This document shows, one piece after another, positions 21,240 to 35,499 of a stretch of DNA of 64,000 bases (position 1 is its first letter; the number at the start of each line of letters is the position of its first letter). Position numbers and translations under genes: made by a program. This stretch comes from Octopus sinensis (taxonomy: Eukaryota). The notes under the pieces were generated by a model. It saw only the letters and a list, made by a program, of their open reading frames with translations, was not told where the DNA came from and did no database searches. The stretch lies in the NCBI RefSeq assembly GCF_006345805.1, contig NC_042997.1:205158001-205222000 (forward strand). The letters are read 5' to 3'.

Positions 21240-23462
21240 ATGGCTGCCATGCAGACGATAACAGCAGCGACCAGTTCTCTTATTCTTTCAGTCATTCTTA
21301 TTGTCACACTGACATCACTAAACATCGATGCGAAGGAACTCGACAATGATTGTGAAATTCAAATTTCTCCCAATGTCAGTGAGATTTTATTTCGTTTAGT
21401 AAAATTAGAAAAAAAGATTTTCAATTTTGAAGTTCATTTATCTGATAAAAAATTTGATAACCTACTAAACCCTATACCTTTGGATTATTTTGCAAATGCG
21501 AGACATTTTACCTGGATTCCAGATGAACCAGATGGTTTAATAGCATATAAAAAGTTTTTCTATGATTTCTCAATTCACTCTTTTAATTTGTTAGATGTCT
21601 ACATTGCTAATCCAAGGATTGATATCAATATACACTGTAGAAAACAAAATATCCAGAGACATGATTTAATATATTTGATTTTCGAGGAACTGAAAAAAAT
21701 CTTATTTATCCCTAAATTGCATAAAGGAAAATCTGGATACATGTGTTTTTATATAAATTTGTCTTATGATATGAAGAAGAACAACCCTAGCACCCTTGAA
21801 GCTTACAGAAGAATTGGTATAAACCGAGAGATACTGAAGAACTATTGCTGTGAGATCTATAAAAATGGAACCTATGTTTATCATCCCAAATCTATTTGTT
21901 CGGGAAAAATCATTGAAAATGCTATGTTTGTCAATTTTGAGAACATCGTTGGAGCCATTTTGTGGGCTATATTACCATTAATTATTAGCTTTGTATCAAA
22001 AGCTAAATTACCTTCATATTCCCGTCAACTCAGTCTGCGACTGTTTGCTCAAGATGAATTCTTATTTACAACTAAAAACACATTGCCACACGAATCAGAG
22101 TGGATCAATGAAAGCAATAATATTTACACATTCTCTCATTTTCTGTCTTGGTTGTTTTGCTTTCACCATTCCACTCTCTTAGCCTCAAGGCTGAGAAGAT
22201 TCCTTTGTATTCTATTCTCTCTTTCAGTAATTTTCCTGGATCTTTTGATGCATTACTTCTTTTTGTATGAAACGATAGAAATACTTTTCCAAGATGGTAT
22301 ACCATTGGGACATCGCGCCTTAATATTAGGAATCCCAGAAAGTTATGAGAACACTGATGGCTTTTTTGGGGGTCCGTTTGCATGCTTAATCAGTTACGTA
22401 TCTTTCAACTTTATCCTCTTCGTTCTTCCCAGTCGTTTAAGCGAGACTATCGCTTATAATACATTACATCAAAGATCCACTTTCACGTTTCTCATTCAAA
22501 ATAAGAGATTATTAGAGAAGTATGGCAATTTAAATGTTTCTACTCTACAGGATTATGATCTACTCTATGCAATAATGAAAGCTAATATTTCTACTGCTTT
22601 AAACCCAAATTTCTGGCATTTAATAATTTATTCTTGGATTAATCGTATAAAGCAAACTTGGTTTTATTACGAAAAGAAAAATATTTTCTGCCAATTCATA
22701 TTACTTTGGTTTTTCGTTGCCATTACAATTCTATTTGTTGTATTTTCTATCTGCGAATTTTTTCTGTGTCTCCTTTATTACGGAATCCCAACTGTTTATT
22801 TGATTTTAACTTTACCAGCAAGTTATTTTAGAGTTTATATTTTCCCCCAGTATTTGAATCCTAACTATATTTTCAAGATTATTTCTGTAATTCTAACTAT
22901 TCTATCATTGCCGTTTTATCTATTATGGGGACTTTATTCAGTCTATATATTTCTTACAAGTTTTCAAGCCCTTTGCAACTATGTATTTTCAATAGGTATT
23001 GCAGTTCTTGCTAAGCCTGGTACTATTGGTGATATATGGTTTGCTGTAATGTTTTTTGTCTATGGTACTGCAGTTATAAAAGCTATTCAGAAACAATATG
23101 ACTCTATACTTGTTCAGTCTAGAAATTTAACCCAAACTATTCGCCCGAATTTAGTTCAGTCAAAATACGGAGAGGAATTCATAAATGCCAAGCTGTTCAA
23201 GACGATTGTTAACCATCATTTTCCATTGAGATACGAGATTGGTAAATCCATTATAAAACTGTTTCTAATCGTATCTTTCTTCTTTGCTTGCAACAATGTA
23301 ATAAATCGAAATGACTTGGCCTTATCAGCATTCACAAGGATTACTTTGATATTGATGACGTCTACCATCCCTCAATTATTGTCAATAATCAATGCTAACA
23401 TTCATCTTGACAGTTCCCTTTTAGATAAAATTATTGAAACAATTAATGTGTTTAAAGAATGA
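21240..23462 (+). CDS. Same 740-aa multi-pass membrane protein, copy 2 (duplicate or allele)
   Basis: Translation identical to 5068-7290; no nucleotide difference found by eye at offset 16172. Confidence 0.85.
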   Translation: MAAMQTITAATSSLILSVILIVTLTSLNIDAKELDNDCEIQISPNVSEILFRLVKLEKKIFNFEVHLSDKKFDNLLNPIPLDYFANARHFTWIPDEPDGLIAYKKFFYDFSIHSFNLLDVYIANPRIDINIHCRKQNIQRHDLIYLIFEELKKILFIPKLHKGKSGYMCFYINLSYDMKKNNPSTLEAYRRIGINREILKNYCCEIYKNGTYVYHPKSICSGKIIENAMFVNFENIVGAILWAILPLIISFVSKAKLPSYSRQLSLRLFAQDEFLFTTKNTLPHESEWINESNNIYTFSHFLSWLFCFHHSTLLASRLRRFLCILFSLSVIFLDLLMHYFFLYETIEILFQDGIPLGHRALILGIPESYENTDGFFGGPFACLISYVSFNFILFVLPSRLSETIAYNTLHQRSTFTFLIQNKRLLEKYGNLNVSTLQDYDLLYAIMKANISTALNPNFWHLIIYSWINRIKQTWFYYEKKNIFCQFILLWFFVAITILFVVFSICEFFLCLLYYGIPTVYLILTLPASYFRVYIFPQYLNPNYIFKIISVILTILSLPFYLLWGLYSVYIFLTSFQALCNYVFSIGIAVLAKPGTIGDIWFAVMFFVYGTAVIKAIQKQYDSILVQSRNLTQTIRPNLVQSKYGEEFINAKLFKTIVNHHFPLRYEIGKSIIKLFLIVSFFFACNNVINRNDLALSAFTRITLILMTSTIPQLLSIINANIHLDSSLLDKIIETINVFKE

Positions 23463-24445
23463 AATAAATAACGAAGGATTTTTTTAATTAATCAATAAAA
23501 AATAAATAAATAATATTTTACTATTATTCTTTTCGTTTTTTTTATTTGTTTCAGCCATTTGATTGCGGCCGTGCTTGAGCACCGCCTCTTAGACAAAGAA
23601 ATCGACTTTGGGACTTATTCTTTGTAAGCCTGGTACTTATTCTGTCTGTCTCTTTTACCGAACCACTAAGTAACGGGGACGTAAACACGCCAACATAGGT
23701 TACCAGGCTATAGTGGTGGGGGGACAAGCAGAAACACATAAATATATACATATTCATATACGACAGGTTTCTTTCAGTTTCCGTCTACCAAATCCACTCA
23801 TAAGGCTTTAGTCGGCCCGAGGCTACAGTAGAAGACACTTGCCCTAAGTGCGACACAGTGGGACTGAACCCGGAATTATGCGGACGGTTGGGAAGAAAGC
23901 TTCTTACCACACAGCCAAACCTAGAAATTATTTCATCTTTTTTAAATACATTGTAAACTTTTAATAAAGCCGATCTCTATTGATATATATATATACAGAA
24001 ACACAAAAAGCTTGACTGAAATATATGTAAAGTGTTACACATACCCAGCATCATAAATATGTACATGCATATGTATGGTAAATATACATGCGTAAATATA
24101 CATATATATATATATTTATATATGTACGTATGTATGTATGTATGTATGCTTTCACGGCGCCGTTTTTACAATCCTGTAAATAATAATAATGGTATTTTCA
24201 TATAAGCTCAGAGCTTATGTCGATCACCGTGCAATGACTAAGGAAAATAGTCTAATAAAGGGGCATATAAGCCCGCGACAGAAAAAGAAGGCTTTCCTAT
24301 CTGCGTGGGGGTCGAACCCACATCCCTACTCCTATGCAGATAGGAAAAGCTTTTTACTGTCGAGAGCTTATATGTCCCTTTATTAGACTATTTTCCTTAG
24401 TCACTGCACGGTGATCGTCATAAGCTTTAAGCTTATATAACAATA

Positions 24446-24526
<81 letters not shown>

Positions 24527-25432
24527 TATATATATGTATGTATGTATGTATATATATATGTATGTATGTATATATATATACATCTATATATGCATATATA
24601 CATAAGTATATGTACATACTTACATCTATACGTATATACATATGAATATGTGGGAACAGTACGTCACGGAATGTAAACATAACAAACGAAATACCAATAC
24701 ATGGAATATGAACTTTCTTTGCAAAAACGAAAGAAACAAATGGAAAACAAAACAAGTAACATAACGAATGACCCTTCATCAGTTGTCGGCTGTTTTTCTA
24801 ATCCGTATTTCGAGCAATTCAACGACAAGATACGCCTTCGATAGAACACTTGCTCTCACGAAGCAATTTCTATAAAATTTGGGATTTTGTGGTGATGTGG
24901 CCAACGCGGAGAAACAAGCTTGGACAGGAGACAGACAAGAATACGTCTGATTCCTTCAGCTGCAACAGAAAGAAAGAGAAAGAAAAAATATACGAGTGTG
25001 TATATACACATATAGATATATAGATATGCATGCTATTTATTAGAAACAAAGATTTCTGTTAAAACCCCAGGGGGATAACTTTACCACGACGACTATTATC
25101 ATTACTGCTGCTAGTTATTGAACTGCTCCAGCCACTGCTATAGAAAACAGTCTTGACCACACTACTTAATTTACCATCACGGACAGTAGTAATTTGCCAT
25201 CACAGACAGTGCCACTAGTAATGCCACGAAAATTAAAGGAAATTACCTGCTCTTGCAGGAAAAAAGAAAGTACACTATGAACGTTTATTTTAATAATTTT
25301 ATTAATACCTTTTTCTCTACATCTTCCAATTTTTTTATAAGGTTTTTCAAAAACCGAAACATGTAAAACAAAAACATTTTTCTTTTAATGTATTTATAAA
25401 AAGAAATACAAATGTATCTAATTTTCGTTCTT

Positions 25433-25484
<52 letters not shown>

Positions 25485-26525
25485 ATATATATATATATAA
25501 TATATATATATATGTACAGGGGTGATGGGTAAATCCTCGCTATTTACTTTTTTTATTTCACGCATGTGCATTCTTTTTTATTTTGTCGACTGCAAAGTAT
25601 AACAGGGTAAGTTGGGCAATCTGTGAGAAAATCAGCACCATGGCGCAATTCACTCAGCCAGAAATTTTAAAATGACATGCTGCACTGCTTGGCATTCGCA
25701 CCGGAAGCTCCAATTCGAACATTTCAGCGTGTTTGCATGTCAATCTGAGGACCGTGCAGAGGATTCGAAAAGAGTTGGATGAGTCTAAGGGTGATTACGA
25801 ATGTACGGCAGCTCGGAAAACTCACTCTGATCATTCTGTTAAGAAAAGAACTTCTGAATTTGTTGGTGAGATCCAGGCCATGATTGACAATGATGCCTCC
25901 AAGTCAATCAGGTCCATCACCAGGGACATGGAAGTGTCTGAGTTTCTTATCGGGCAGGTAGTGCATGAAGACATTCAACATTCCTCATACAAAATGAGAA
26001 AAGGCCACTTTTTGTCCCAAGCCCTCAAGGACAAGAGGAAACACCGCGCCACGAAGCTTTTGAACAAACCCAGTCATCTCCTCCAACTGAACATGCATTG
26101 GTTTTTCTCAGACGAGAAAAAATTTCTGCCAGGATCAGATGGTGATAAAATTCAAACATTCAGCCAACATCCGAAACTCAACTCGAAGGCCTACATCAAG
26201 TGCATGGAGGAGGTAGTGCTGCCCTGAGTCAAAAGAGTGGCTGCTGGAAGACCCGATGTTTGGCAACAGCACTCTGCACCATGCCGCATAAGCAACAGTA
26301 CTCAGTCTTTCCATCTCCTTATTCGTTTACTCCCTTCCTCTTTGTTGTCATCTTATTGATATATACCATTCTCATTTTCCATATTTTCCCCCCTTATTTT
26401 GTCTCTGATGACGGAATATCTCGTATTCGGGGAGATATCCCACAAACAGCTGTAAGATCATGAATTTCTTCCTGTAATAATATTGTATATGACTTGAGTT
26501 GTTTGCCATTATGCGTGACGTCCTG

Positions 26526-26565
<40 letters not shown>

Positions 26566-27288
26566 TAAAACTGAAATGCGTTTTTACCGCTTGGATCGCA
26601 TTCAATGACACTACGCCCCGTCCGATTCGCTCCAAAATTTACAGGGACATGTAGAATGAGGTGACGAAGCTCGTGGGCTACCTTAGAAATCCCTATCTTA
26701 AAAGGTGTGGTTGCTAGGGGCCATCTTCCTCACTCACGCTATTTCCTCCTTTCCCTCTCTTACTCCCCTTCATCTATAACTTTGATAATGCCATTACCGT
26801 TATTTAATGTATTCCCCTCAACTCCCTTTCACTTTCCCTTTATAAGTTCGTCTGGCGGCTTTCTTTGATGTATCTGTTTGCATTCATAGGGAGAATTATC
26901 ATCGCTATCAACAACACGCAATCATGAGAACAAATATTATGAATCAGGTATTCATTGCGTTCATTTATATGTGTGTGTGTGTGTGTGTGTGTGTTCGATA
27001 TATAAATATGTATATATAATGTATATATACAAAGTGCATATATCTGTATTTATGTATATTAAACTTTTTAATACTTTTTGATAGTTATATATATTTTTAA
27101 ACAAATTATAAATATAATTTAATAATTTTAATTTTAAATTTAAATAATTTAAATTTTTCAATTTTATATATTTTCTATATTATATTTTTATTTTTATGTT
27201 TTTGTTTTTGTTTTTTTTTTGCCTATTAGTGGTTTTATCTCTAATTCAATTTATACATATATATATATAATTTGTATATATAATGCGT

Positions 27289-27345
<57 letters not shown>

Positions 27346-29588
27346 ATGTGTGCATTATGTGGTCGGTCGGTTCTGCTGAAAATATGCACACCTATGAACC
27401 CTTTCGTTACTATATTTCTGACCAAAATACACCCCTTATGTGTTTCAATTAATTTCTAACGTAATCATAAATTTAGTCTGGTTTCATTAAACAACTATAA
27501 CTTTTTTATTTATCGATATATTAATCTGATTTTTGGAAGATAATTTAATGAAATATTCTCAACCAATTCTATACTATAATTTTTGTCACAAAGTGACTCT
27601 AATTGCAGGTAGATACAGGTAAATTCAACAAAATATAAAATTATTAAAATTTTGTTCAAACATCGCTATAGAAAATGGGTTATTAGCTAATATTCAATTG
27701 GGTATACAACAAAATTTTACGATAGAATTTGTTATTCTGGGTAACTTTCTGATACCCATGATAATATTTATGGCAAAATAGTCTTAATTTCATTTAAGGT
27801 TGTGGGAAACCACTTTCTATCCTTTCTTTCGCTTTGTTTATATTTAGCGTAACGGTTCGTTTCCGCCGTAATGATTTCAAATAGGCTCATTGGAAAAGTA
27901 AAAAGAAATAGTCTAAAGCTTTACTCTCCTGGGAAAATCTGTGGCTTGGTCCAGTTTCTTCAGAAAAATCACCGAAAGAAACAGTTTTTCAATTTTCACT
28001 CCATTCAGGTGCCAATTCATTTTCTTTATCGCTGTCGGAGCTCTCGAATTCACTGTTTTCACTTTCGGAAAATGAAACATCAGATTCATTATCAAATACC
28101 ACGTGCTTTTTTTTTTCAGTCATAGAGTTAGATTTATCAAGGTCTTCAGTAGAAAATCCTTCGAATTCTGACTCGCTGCTTGATATGATGAAATTCGTAT
28201 CCATTTTTTGTCAGAATTACAAAGTTTGAAAACACAATAGGAACAAATTTTGGAAAAAAATCTCCCATAATTCACGGAATTAAAATTACACTTCGATCGT
28301 TGTACAAAACTGTAGTTGAACTGTTTACGAAGTATAATCACGTGTTTTCACGAATGTAATAAAGAGATTTGCTCTGATATTCTCATTTAAATATGAATAG
28401 GTAAATACGGACGGGTTTGGGCGGTTTGGTCACATTAACCAAAATTTTTTTCGGGCGGCTTTGGGCGGTTTGGTAACGAAAGGGTTAAAAGTGCTGGCAA
28501 GTTTGCATGACAACTATTTTTTTCCTCAAATGAAAGGCATGACCTCTAGGAAAAAATTTCTCATCTTATAAAATGTGGCCCCAGTAGACCCGAATGAAAT
28601 CGGGTTATATTAACCAAAAGGTAAAAAGGGGTATAAATGGGGCTGGAAGGGGATTAAAATTTAAAGGAGCGAGTGTTTAGGAATTCTCTGTTACATCAAG
28701 CTAAAACATTTGCGCCAGCCTTTTAATCTTCAATGTGTTGCCGTCCATGATGAAGAGGTTTTGAATGCTTGCCATGGTAAGTCTACTGTCGTGAGAAAGA
28801 ATCACTTCAAAACTTGGTGTTTACGAATTTTCTTTTCCATCAAGTTCAAAATTTTACGCCAGCCGTTAAACTGTCAATACGTTGCTGTCCGTCGTTAAGA
28901 AATGCCAGTCATGGTGACTCTACTATCCTCAGATTCTATCCCTTCAAACTTTGCTTTCCAATATTTTATTATTTTTATTCAGCTCGCAAGTTCGTCTGTC
29001 CCTTTTAAATGTTAGTGTTTTGCTGTCTGCCTTGAAGCAGACATTTCCGTTGTTACTGCCTGATATTTATGATTGATCTTTCTAAATATTTTATTTCTCA
29101 ACTTACTCAAGATCTTTTGTTGTTTATAAATGGGAGAGAAATAGATAAAGATAGAGAGTAAGAGAAAGCGAGGGAGAGAGAAACAAAGGAGAGAGAAACA
29201 AAGAGGGAGAATTATCATCATCATCATCGTTTAACGTCCGTTTTCCGTCCTAGCACGGGTTGGACAGTTTGACCGGGGTCTGGGAAGCCAGGAGGCTGCA
29301 CCAGGCTCCAGTCTGATCTGGCAGTGTTTCTACAGGTGGATGACCTTCCTAACGCCAACCACTCTGTGAGTGTAGTGGGTGCTTTTTTCGTGCCGCCGGC
29401 ACAGATGCCAGGGGGGCTCGCAGCAGCAACGATGGGTTGGTGCTTTTTACGTGCCACTGGTACAGAAGCCAGTCAAGGCGGCGCTGCAATCGGCCACGTT
29501 CGGATGGTGCTTTTTACGTGCTGAAAGGAAGCAACAAAAAGTAACAACCACACTCTTACCCGCGCGTAGAGCGGGTCACCTTCAGCTA

Positions 29589-29632
<44 letters not shown>

Positions 29633-30296
29633 AAGGTGCGGTGAATAAACTGTTATCTAAATTAACACAAAAATGAAAATAACACTGATGTCTCATTTTA
29701 ACAGATATATTAACCAAAATTACATAAAGATATCTTGAAATACTAAAGAGTAAATATATTCAATAAAATCACAATTGGTTTCAACCACTGCCTTCAGATG
29801 ACTTCGGAATCTCCTGCAACTCTTCTGTACGGTCTCCTTGTTTAAGTTGGCGAATGCTGCCATAATCCTTGCCTTCAGTTCATACTTGGTAATACAATTG
29901 TTTGGCAGCCTTATGAGGCTGCTAGACAATTCCTGCGACCACATCACTCCTAAGGTCTGGCCACCTAGTTCCCCAGATTGCCATCCACTTGGCTATTATG
30001 TGTGGGGCTCAGTTGAGCGAGAAGCCAGCAAAACTCCTTGTATTACCAAGTATGAACTGAAGGCAAGGATTATGGCAGCATTTCCAACTTAAACAAGGAT
30101 ACCGTACAGAACAGTTGCAGGAGATTCCGAAGTCACTTGAAGGCAGTGGTTGAAACCAATTGTGATTTTATTGAATACATTTACTCTTTAGTTTTTCAAG
30201 ATATCTTTATGTAATTTTGGTAAATATATCTGTTAAAATGAGATGTCAGTGTTATTTTAATTTTTGCGTAATTTAGATAACAGTTTATTCACTACA

Positions 30297-30348
<52 letters not shown>

Positions 30349-30859
30349 CAAGACGTCAAGCATAAAGGCAAGGCAAACATTTCAAGTCATATACAATATT
30401 ATTACAGGAAGAAATTCATGGTCTTACAGCCGTTTCTGAGATATCCCCAAGTATGTGATATTCTGTCATCAGAGATGAATAGGGGAAAAAAATATGGAAA
30501 ATGCGAATGGTATATATCAATAAGATGACAACAAAGAGGAAGGGAGTAAAAGAATAAGGAGATGGAAAGAGAGAAGAAACACGAAGCATAAACGTTCATA
30601 GCTCAACTTACCGAAGTTATGGAAGCCAAAGCAGGAGTCCTTAGGTGCAATCCTGCGTAGATCCATAAGCGTAAGTCTTTAGGTTCAATCCTGCATATAT
30701 CCATGTGGGTTAAAGTCCTCATATAGTAGACATCCCAAGAAAAAGATTCGAATATATCAACGTTCAATATAACAGAATGTCAACTGTGAACAAAACCGCC
30801 GTACTTTATATATATATATATATATATGTATGTATATATGTATATATATATAGAAAGTC

Positions 30860-30947
<88 letters not shown>

Positions 30948-31783
30948 CAACGCGAGCACGTAGTACATGCAAAGTATTAATAAGAGAAGTAAAGAAAGGG
31001 TGTTTTGCGTTTCGAGCAAAGCTCTTCTTCAGAAACAGGAGACAGAGGAAAGTCCAAGAGAAAAGGAAAGTGAAAGCAAAAAAATCGCCAATAGTCTACA
31101 TGTGGTTGTATCACCCCACTCTCTCTCTCTCTCTCTTTGTATATCTTAATATATAAAATCCGTTCCGTCTATCTGTTTGTGCACTTATAACTCGAGTATT
31201 GTTCATCCGGTCGCAGTGTAATTTTAAACGTGGATATATGAGAGACTTGGGCGTCCCGTAATCTAAAAAGATTTTCAAAATCGTTAGTTTCAAAGTGAGA
31301 ATCGCTATTTTTGTAATCTTTATGGCCTGTTTGTTCCGCCATTAAAACAACCAGTTGCTCAGACAGCTGGCTCATGCCATTTCGCTAGCAACAAGGGGAG
31401 TACAGGATGACAGTCAGCCAAAACCGTCGCTATGCTGTCTCTATTCTTTCGCCTCTCTGTAGGGTTAATATTCTTAATCTTTAGTTTCAGTTTCTCATTA
31501 AAAATACATAATAGGCAGAATTGTAGGATTGAGACAGTAGGGTTTTTTGAGGGAAATTTGGCTGCTATTTCTACCAGCTCTAGCTACCGTGTACAGGTCT
31601 GCCTCATCTTTGACATTATATATTCCTTATGCTTTTGACGTATGGGGTATCAAAAGATTCAATACTGTTTTCGCTACAAATTTAACTTAATTTTTATTCA
31701 CATATTTGCATTTCAAAAGTTTAACATAAATCAACTATCGTAAACACACGCACGCACACACGCATACGCACACACACACACAC

Positions 31784-31833
<50 letters not shown>

Positions 31834-32114
31834 CATTTCGGATAGACGTACATACATCTTTCGCTTTCTTTCTCTGTTCTTTTCGCTTATCTTCTTTCAA
31901 TTTCTGCTCTCTTGAAATAAACTTTTTACGGATACAACTGCTTACAAAAATAGGGATTAATGTATAGTTTCTTTCTATGTTCATAATATTTTGTTTACAA
32001 TATTGGAAAAAATATGTCACTAAAGAAAATGCGTAATCTATCCAGAAACAAGTATAAAGCAAGGAGGATTGTAGAAAACCGAAGGCGAGAGTCCGAAGAA
32101 ACTAGATGAGATTT

Positions 32115-32520
32115 TCTCAACATCAGCAAAAACGTTAGCGCGCCGGGCGAAATTCTTAGAGGTATTTCGTCTGACGCTACGTTCTGAGTTCAAATTCCGC
32201 CGAGGTCGACTTTGCCTTTCATCCTCTCGGGGTCGATTAAATGAGTACCCGTTACACACTGGGGTCGATATAATCGACTTAATCCGTTTGTCTGTCCTTG
32301 TTTGTCCTCTGTGTTTAGCTCCTTGTGGGTAGTAAAGAAATAGGTATTTCTTCTGTCGTTACGTTCTGAGTTCAAATTCCGCCGAGGTCGACTTTGCCCT
32401 TCATCCTTTCGGGGTCGATAAACAAAGTACCAGTTATGCACTGGGGCCGATGTAATCGACTTAATTCGTTTGTCTGTCCTTGTTTGTCCCCTTTATGTTT
32501 AGCCCCTTGTGGGAAATAAA
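32115..32520 (+). mobile_element. tRNA-derived SINE family 2, two tandem units (others ~33480-33605 minus, 46550-46935, 48474-48650)
   Basis: GTTCTGAGTTCAAATTCCGCCGAGGTCGACTTTGCCTTTCATCC core, repeated across the listed copies. Confidence 0.82.
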
Positions 32521-32526
32521 GAAATA

Positions 32527-33457
32527 TATATGAAACGACAAAAATATTTGTACAAGACCGCATACCATTGGGTTATTGCACCTTAATATTAGGAATCCCA
32601 GAAAGTTATGAAAAGGTATCCCTTTTTGTGGTTCACTTCTACATATTTTTCAACTTTATCCTCTTCGTTCTTCCCAGTCGTTTAAGTGAGACTATCGCTT
32701 ATAATACATTACATCAAAGATCCACTTGCACGTTTCTCATTCAAAATAAGAGATTATTCGAGAAGTATGGCAGTTTAAATGTTTCTACTCTACAGGATTA
32801 TGATCTACTCTATGCAATAATGAAAGCTAATATTTCTACTGCTTTATTTCAAAATTTCTGGCACTTAACAATTCATAAGTGGATTAAAGAAAATTTGGTT
32901 ATATTACAACGAGAAAATATGTCAAACCAATTCACTTTACTACTTTGTTTTTTATTATCGTTACAGTTTTTTTCTGCTGTATTATTTCTGTGCCTCTTTT
33001 ATTACAGAACCTTAATTCTTTACCTGATTTTATGTTTGACACCAAGTTATTTCAGCGGTCATATTTTTTCAATTATATTTTAAAGATTATCACTGTATTT
33101 TCAACTTTTGTATCATTGCCGTTTTATATATTACGAGGATATGCTTCAATCTTTATATTTCTAATAAATTTTGAAGTCATGTGCATTTATACATTCAATG
33201 CATCTTTCGCAATGCTTGCTAAACCTGGTATTGCAGGCGATATACGGTGTGTTGCCATGTTTTTTGTCTATGGTATTGCCGATTACAAAAGTTGTTCAGA
33301 AACAGTATGACACTATAATAGTTTAATCCATAAATTTAGCCAAAAATATTTGTCCAAACTTTGTCCAGGCATATTAAAGAGAGGAAGTCATACGTGTCAA
33401 TTTGTTCAAAGCAATTTTTAGCCATGATTTTTCTTTGAGATACGAGATTGGGAAATC
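32527..33457 (+). pseudogene. Truncated, frameshifted paralog of the 740-aa membrane protein (approx. aa 343-670)
   Basis: ORFs 32568-33083 and 32945-33310 carry LILGIPESYE, LPSRLSETIAYNTLHQRS, KANISTAL, LAKPG; sequence ends near LRYEIGKS. Both ends abut SINE copies. Confidence 0.85.
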
Positions 33458-35499
33458 ATTTTCTACTATAGGCTTGAAATTTTGGGGGAAGGAACAAGTG
33501 ATTACATAGACCCCAGTACTTAACTGGTACTTAATTTATCGACGCCGAAAGAATGAAAGGCAAAGTCGACCACAGTGGAATTTGAACTCAGAATGTAGCG
33601 GCAGATGAAATCTAGGCTGTCCAACAAGTCCCCTCGGTGTGTTATAGTCCCCTTGTATTATAATCAAATGAATGGAATGGAAGCACTCCGTCGGTTACGA
33701 CGACGAGGGTTCCGGTTGATCCGAATCAACGGAACAGCCTGCTCGTGAAATTAACGTGTAAGTGGCTGAGCACTCCACAGACACGCGTACCCTTAACGCA
33801 GTTCTCGGGGATATTCAGCGTGACACAGAGAGTGACAAGGACGGCCCTTTGAAATACAGGTACAACAGAAACAGGAAGTAAGAGTGAGAGAAAGTTGTGG
33901 TGAAAGAGTACAGCAGGGATCACCACCATCCCTGCCGGAGCCTCGTGGAGCTTTAGGTGTTTTCGCTCAATAAACACTCACAACGCCCGGTCTGGGAATC
34001 GAAACCGCGACCCTACGACCGCGAGTCCGCTGCCCTAACCATCAAATGAATAATAACAGACTATTACAGCTGTTTCTTACGCATTTTTTAATAGAAGAAT
34101 GAGAACATTACTCACTTACAAAAAAGCCCGTAATCATCAGATGAAACGTAATTTTACAGACAACAGAAAATTTCAAGAATAAAGCAGAGGCCAACTATGA
34201 AATGGGAGAAAGAATAATAAAGCTGGCCGTTGAGGTTAAGAAGATAGTTTGTGAAAGGGTGTAATATGATATCTGAGGTCATTGATCTGGTTGAGATAGG
34301 AGTCTGCTGGGCTGGTTCTTAGAGAGGCTGGAGTGGAGCGTAGTTGATATTTCATTATAATAGGCTTAGAGCAGGGGGTAGCTGGGAGAGTACCTAGGAT
34401 AAATTAAAGATAGGAGGAAGAAAGAAAGCCAAAGTAAAGAGAAAGATATCTTAATTAATTTGTGTGTATTTCCAGATCTTTGTATTTTGAAAGTTTCTCC
34501 GTTTCTTTTAGAGAGACGTTGGCTCAGGCTCGGTCTTTATTGTGGTAGAGATGGAGGTACTGCCTTCCAGTGTGTCTATCCAAAGGTGGTCGACAGTGGC
34601 AAGACTGGTGAGACTGAATGGATCTACTCTGATAGGATTTTCTAAGCAAGAGGAAAGCAACTGGAAGAGGGCACTTACCCATGCCTTAGAAATGGCGAAG
34701 TAATCCGGGATTACTCTTAGTAGACTTCCTCGCTATTGAGGATTCTATTTATTTATTTATTATTCATTTCTCTTTCAAACATATATCCTCTGTTATATCC
34801 TTTAATGTGGTAGTATCTCCCCTTGATTGATATTACGCCCACATGTTTCACATGATTTTGTAATTTTTCTTTGTGCTATAACACATCCTTTAATATTGTC
34901 CTTCATGTCACCACCGAGCGCAGCTCTGTGTTATTATTATTATTATTATTATATTGTTATATTATTATTATTATTATTATTCGGATCCGGCTATCAGCTG
35001 AACCATTGTGAAGATTACCCCCCCCCTCTCTTGACCAGGAGAGGAAAGCAAGTTTTATTTGTCTAGTGGCTGTAACTAAAGAGTAGTATGGTGGATCCGT
35101 TTGAAAGGTCTAATCCCCATTAACTTTAAGCCCATATTAGCCAAGCCCACATAAACTTTTTCAAGTTTCACTTGAAAGGAAACTGAGGGTGGAGAACGAA
35201 GTATTGCCTTGTGACATATTTGTTGAAAGGTGGGTGAATGGTGGAATAATGACCAGTGTGAAAGGACCAATTCTGAGCGTGGACCTGTAAACAAAAGAAG
35301 GGCTCTTTCTTGTTGTTCAGGTACCCTAACTTTTGTGGGTTTACTTTGTCATGTCTGTATATATATCAGACATGGCAAGTATTGGGCAGTCCGAGATGAT
35401 GTGGTCAACCGTATCTGTGTTGATTGCACATTCGCATTTGGTTGAGGCCTGTTTTCAGTATTTTGTTTTATAATTGTTTGTAGTTAGGCATTGGTCTTC

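Larger units (their letters stand above)
16014..30648 (+). repeat. Large direct duplication, copy B
   Basis: As above. Confidence 0.97.
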
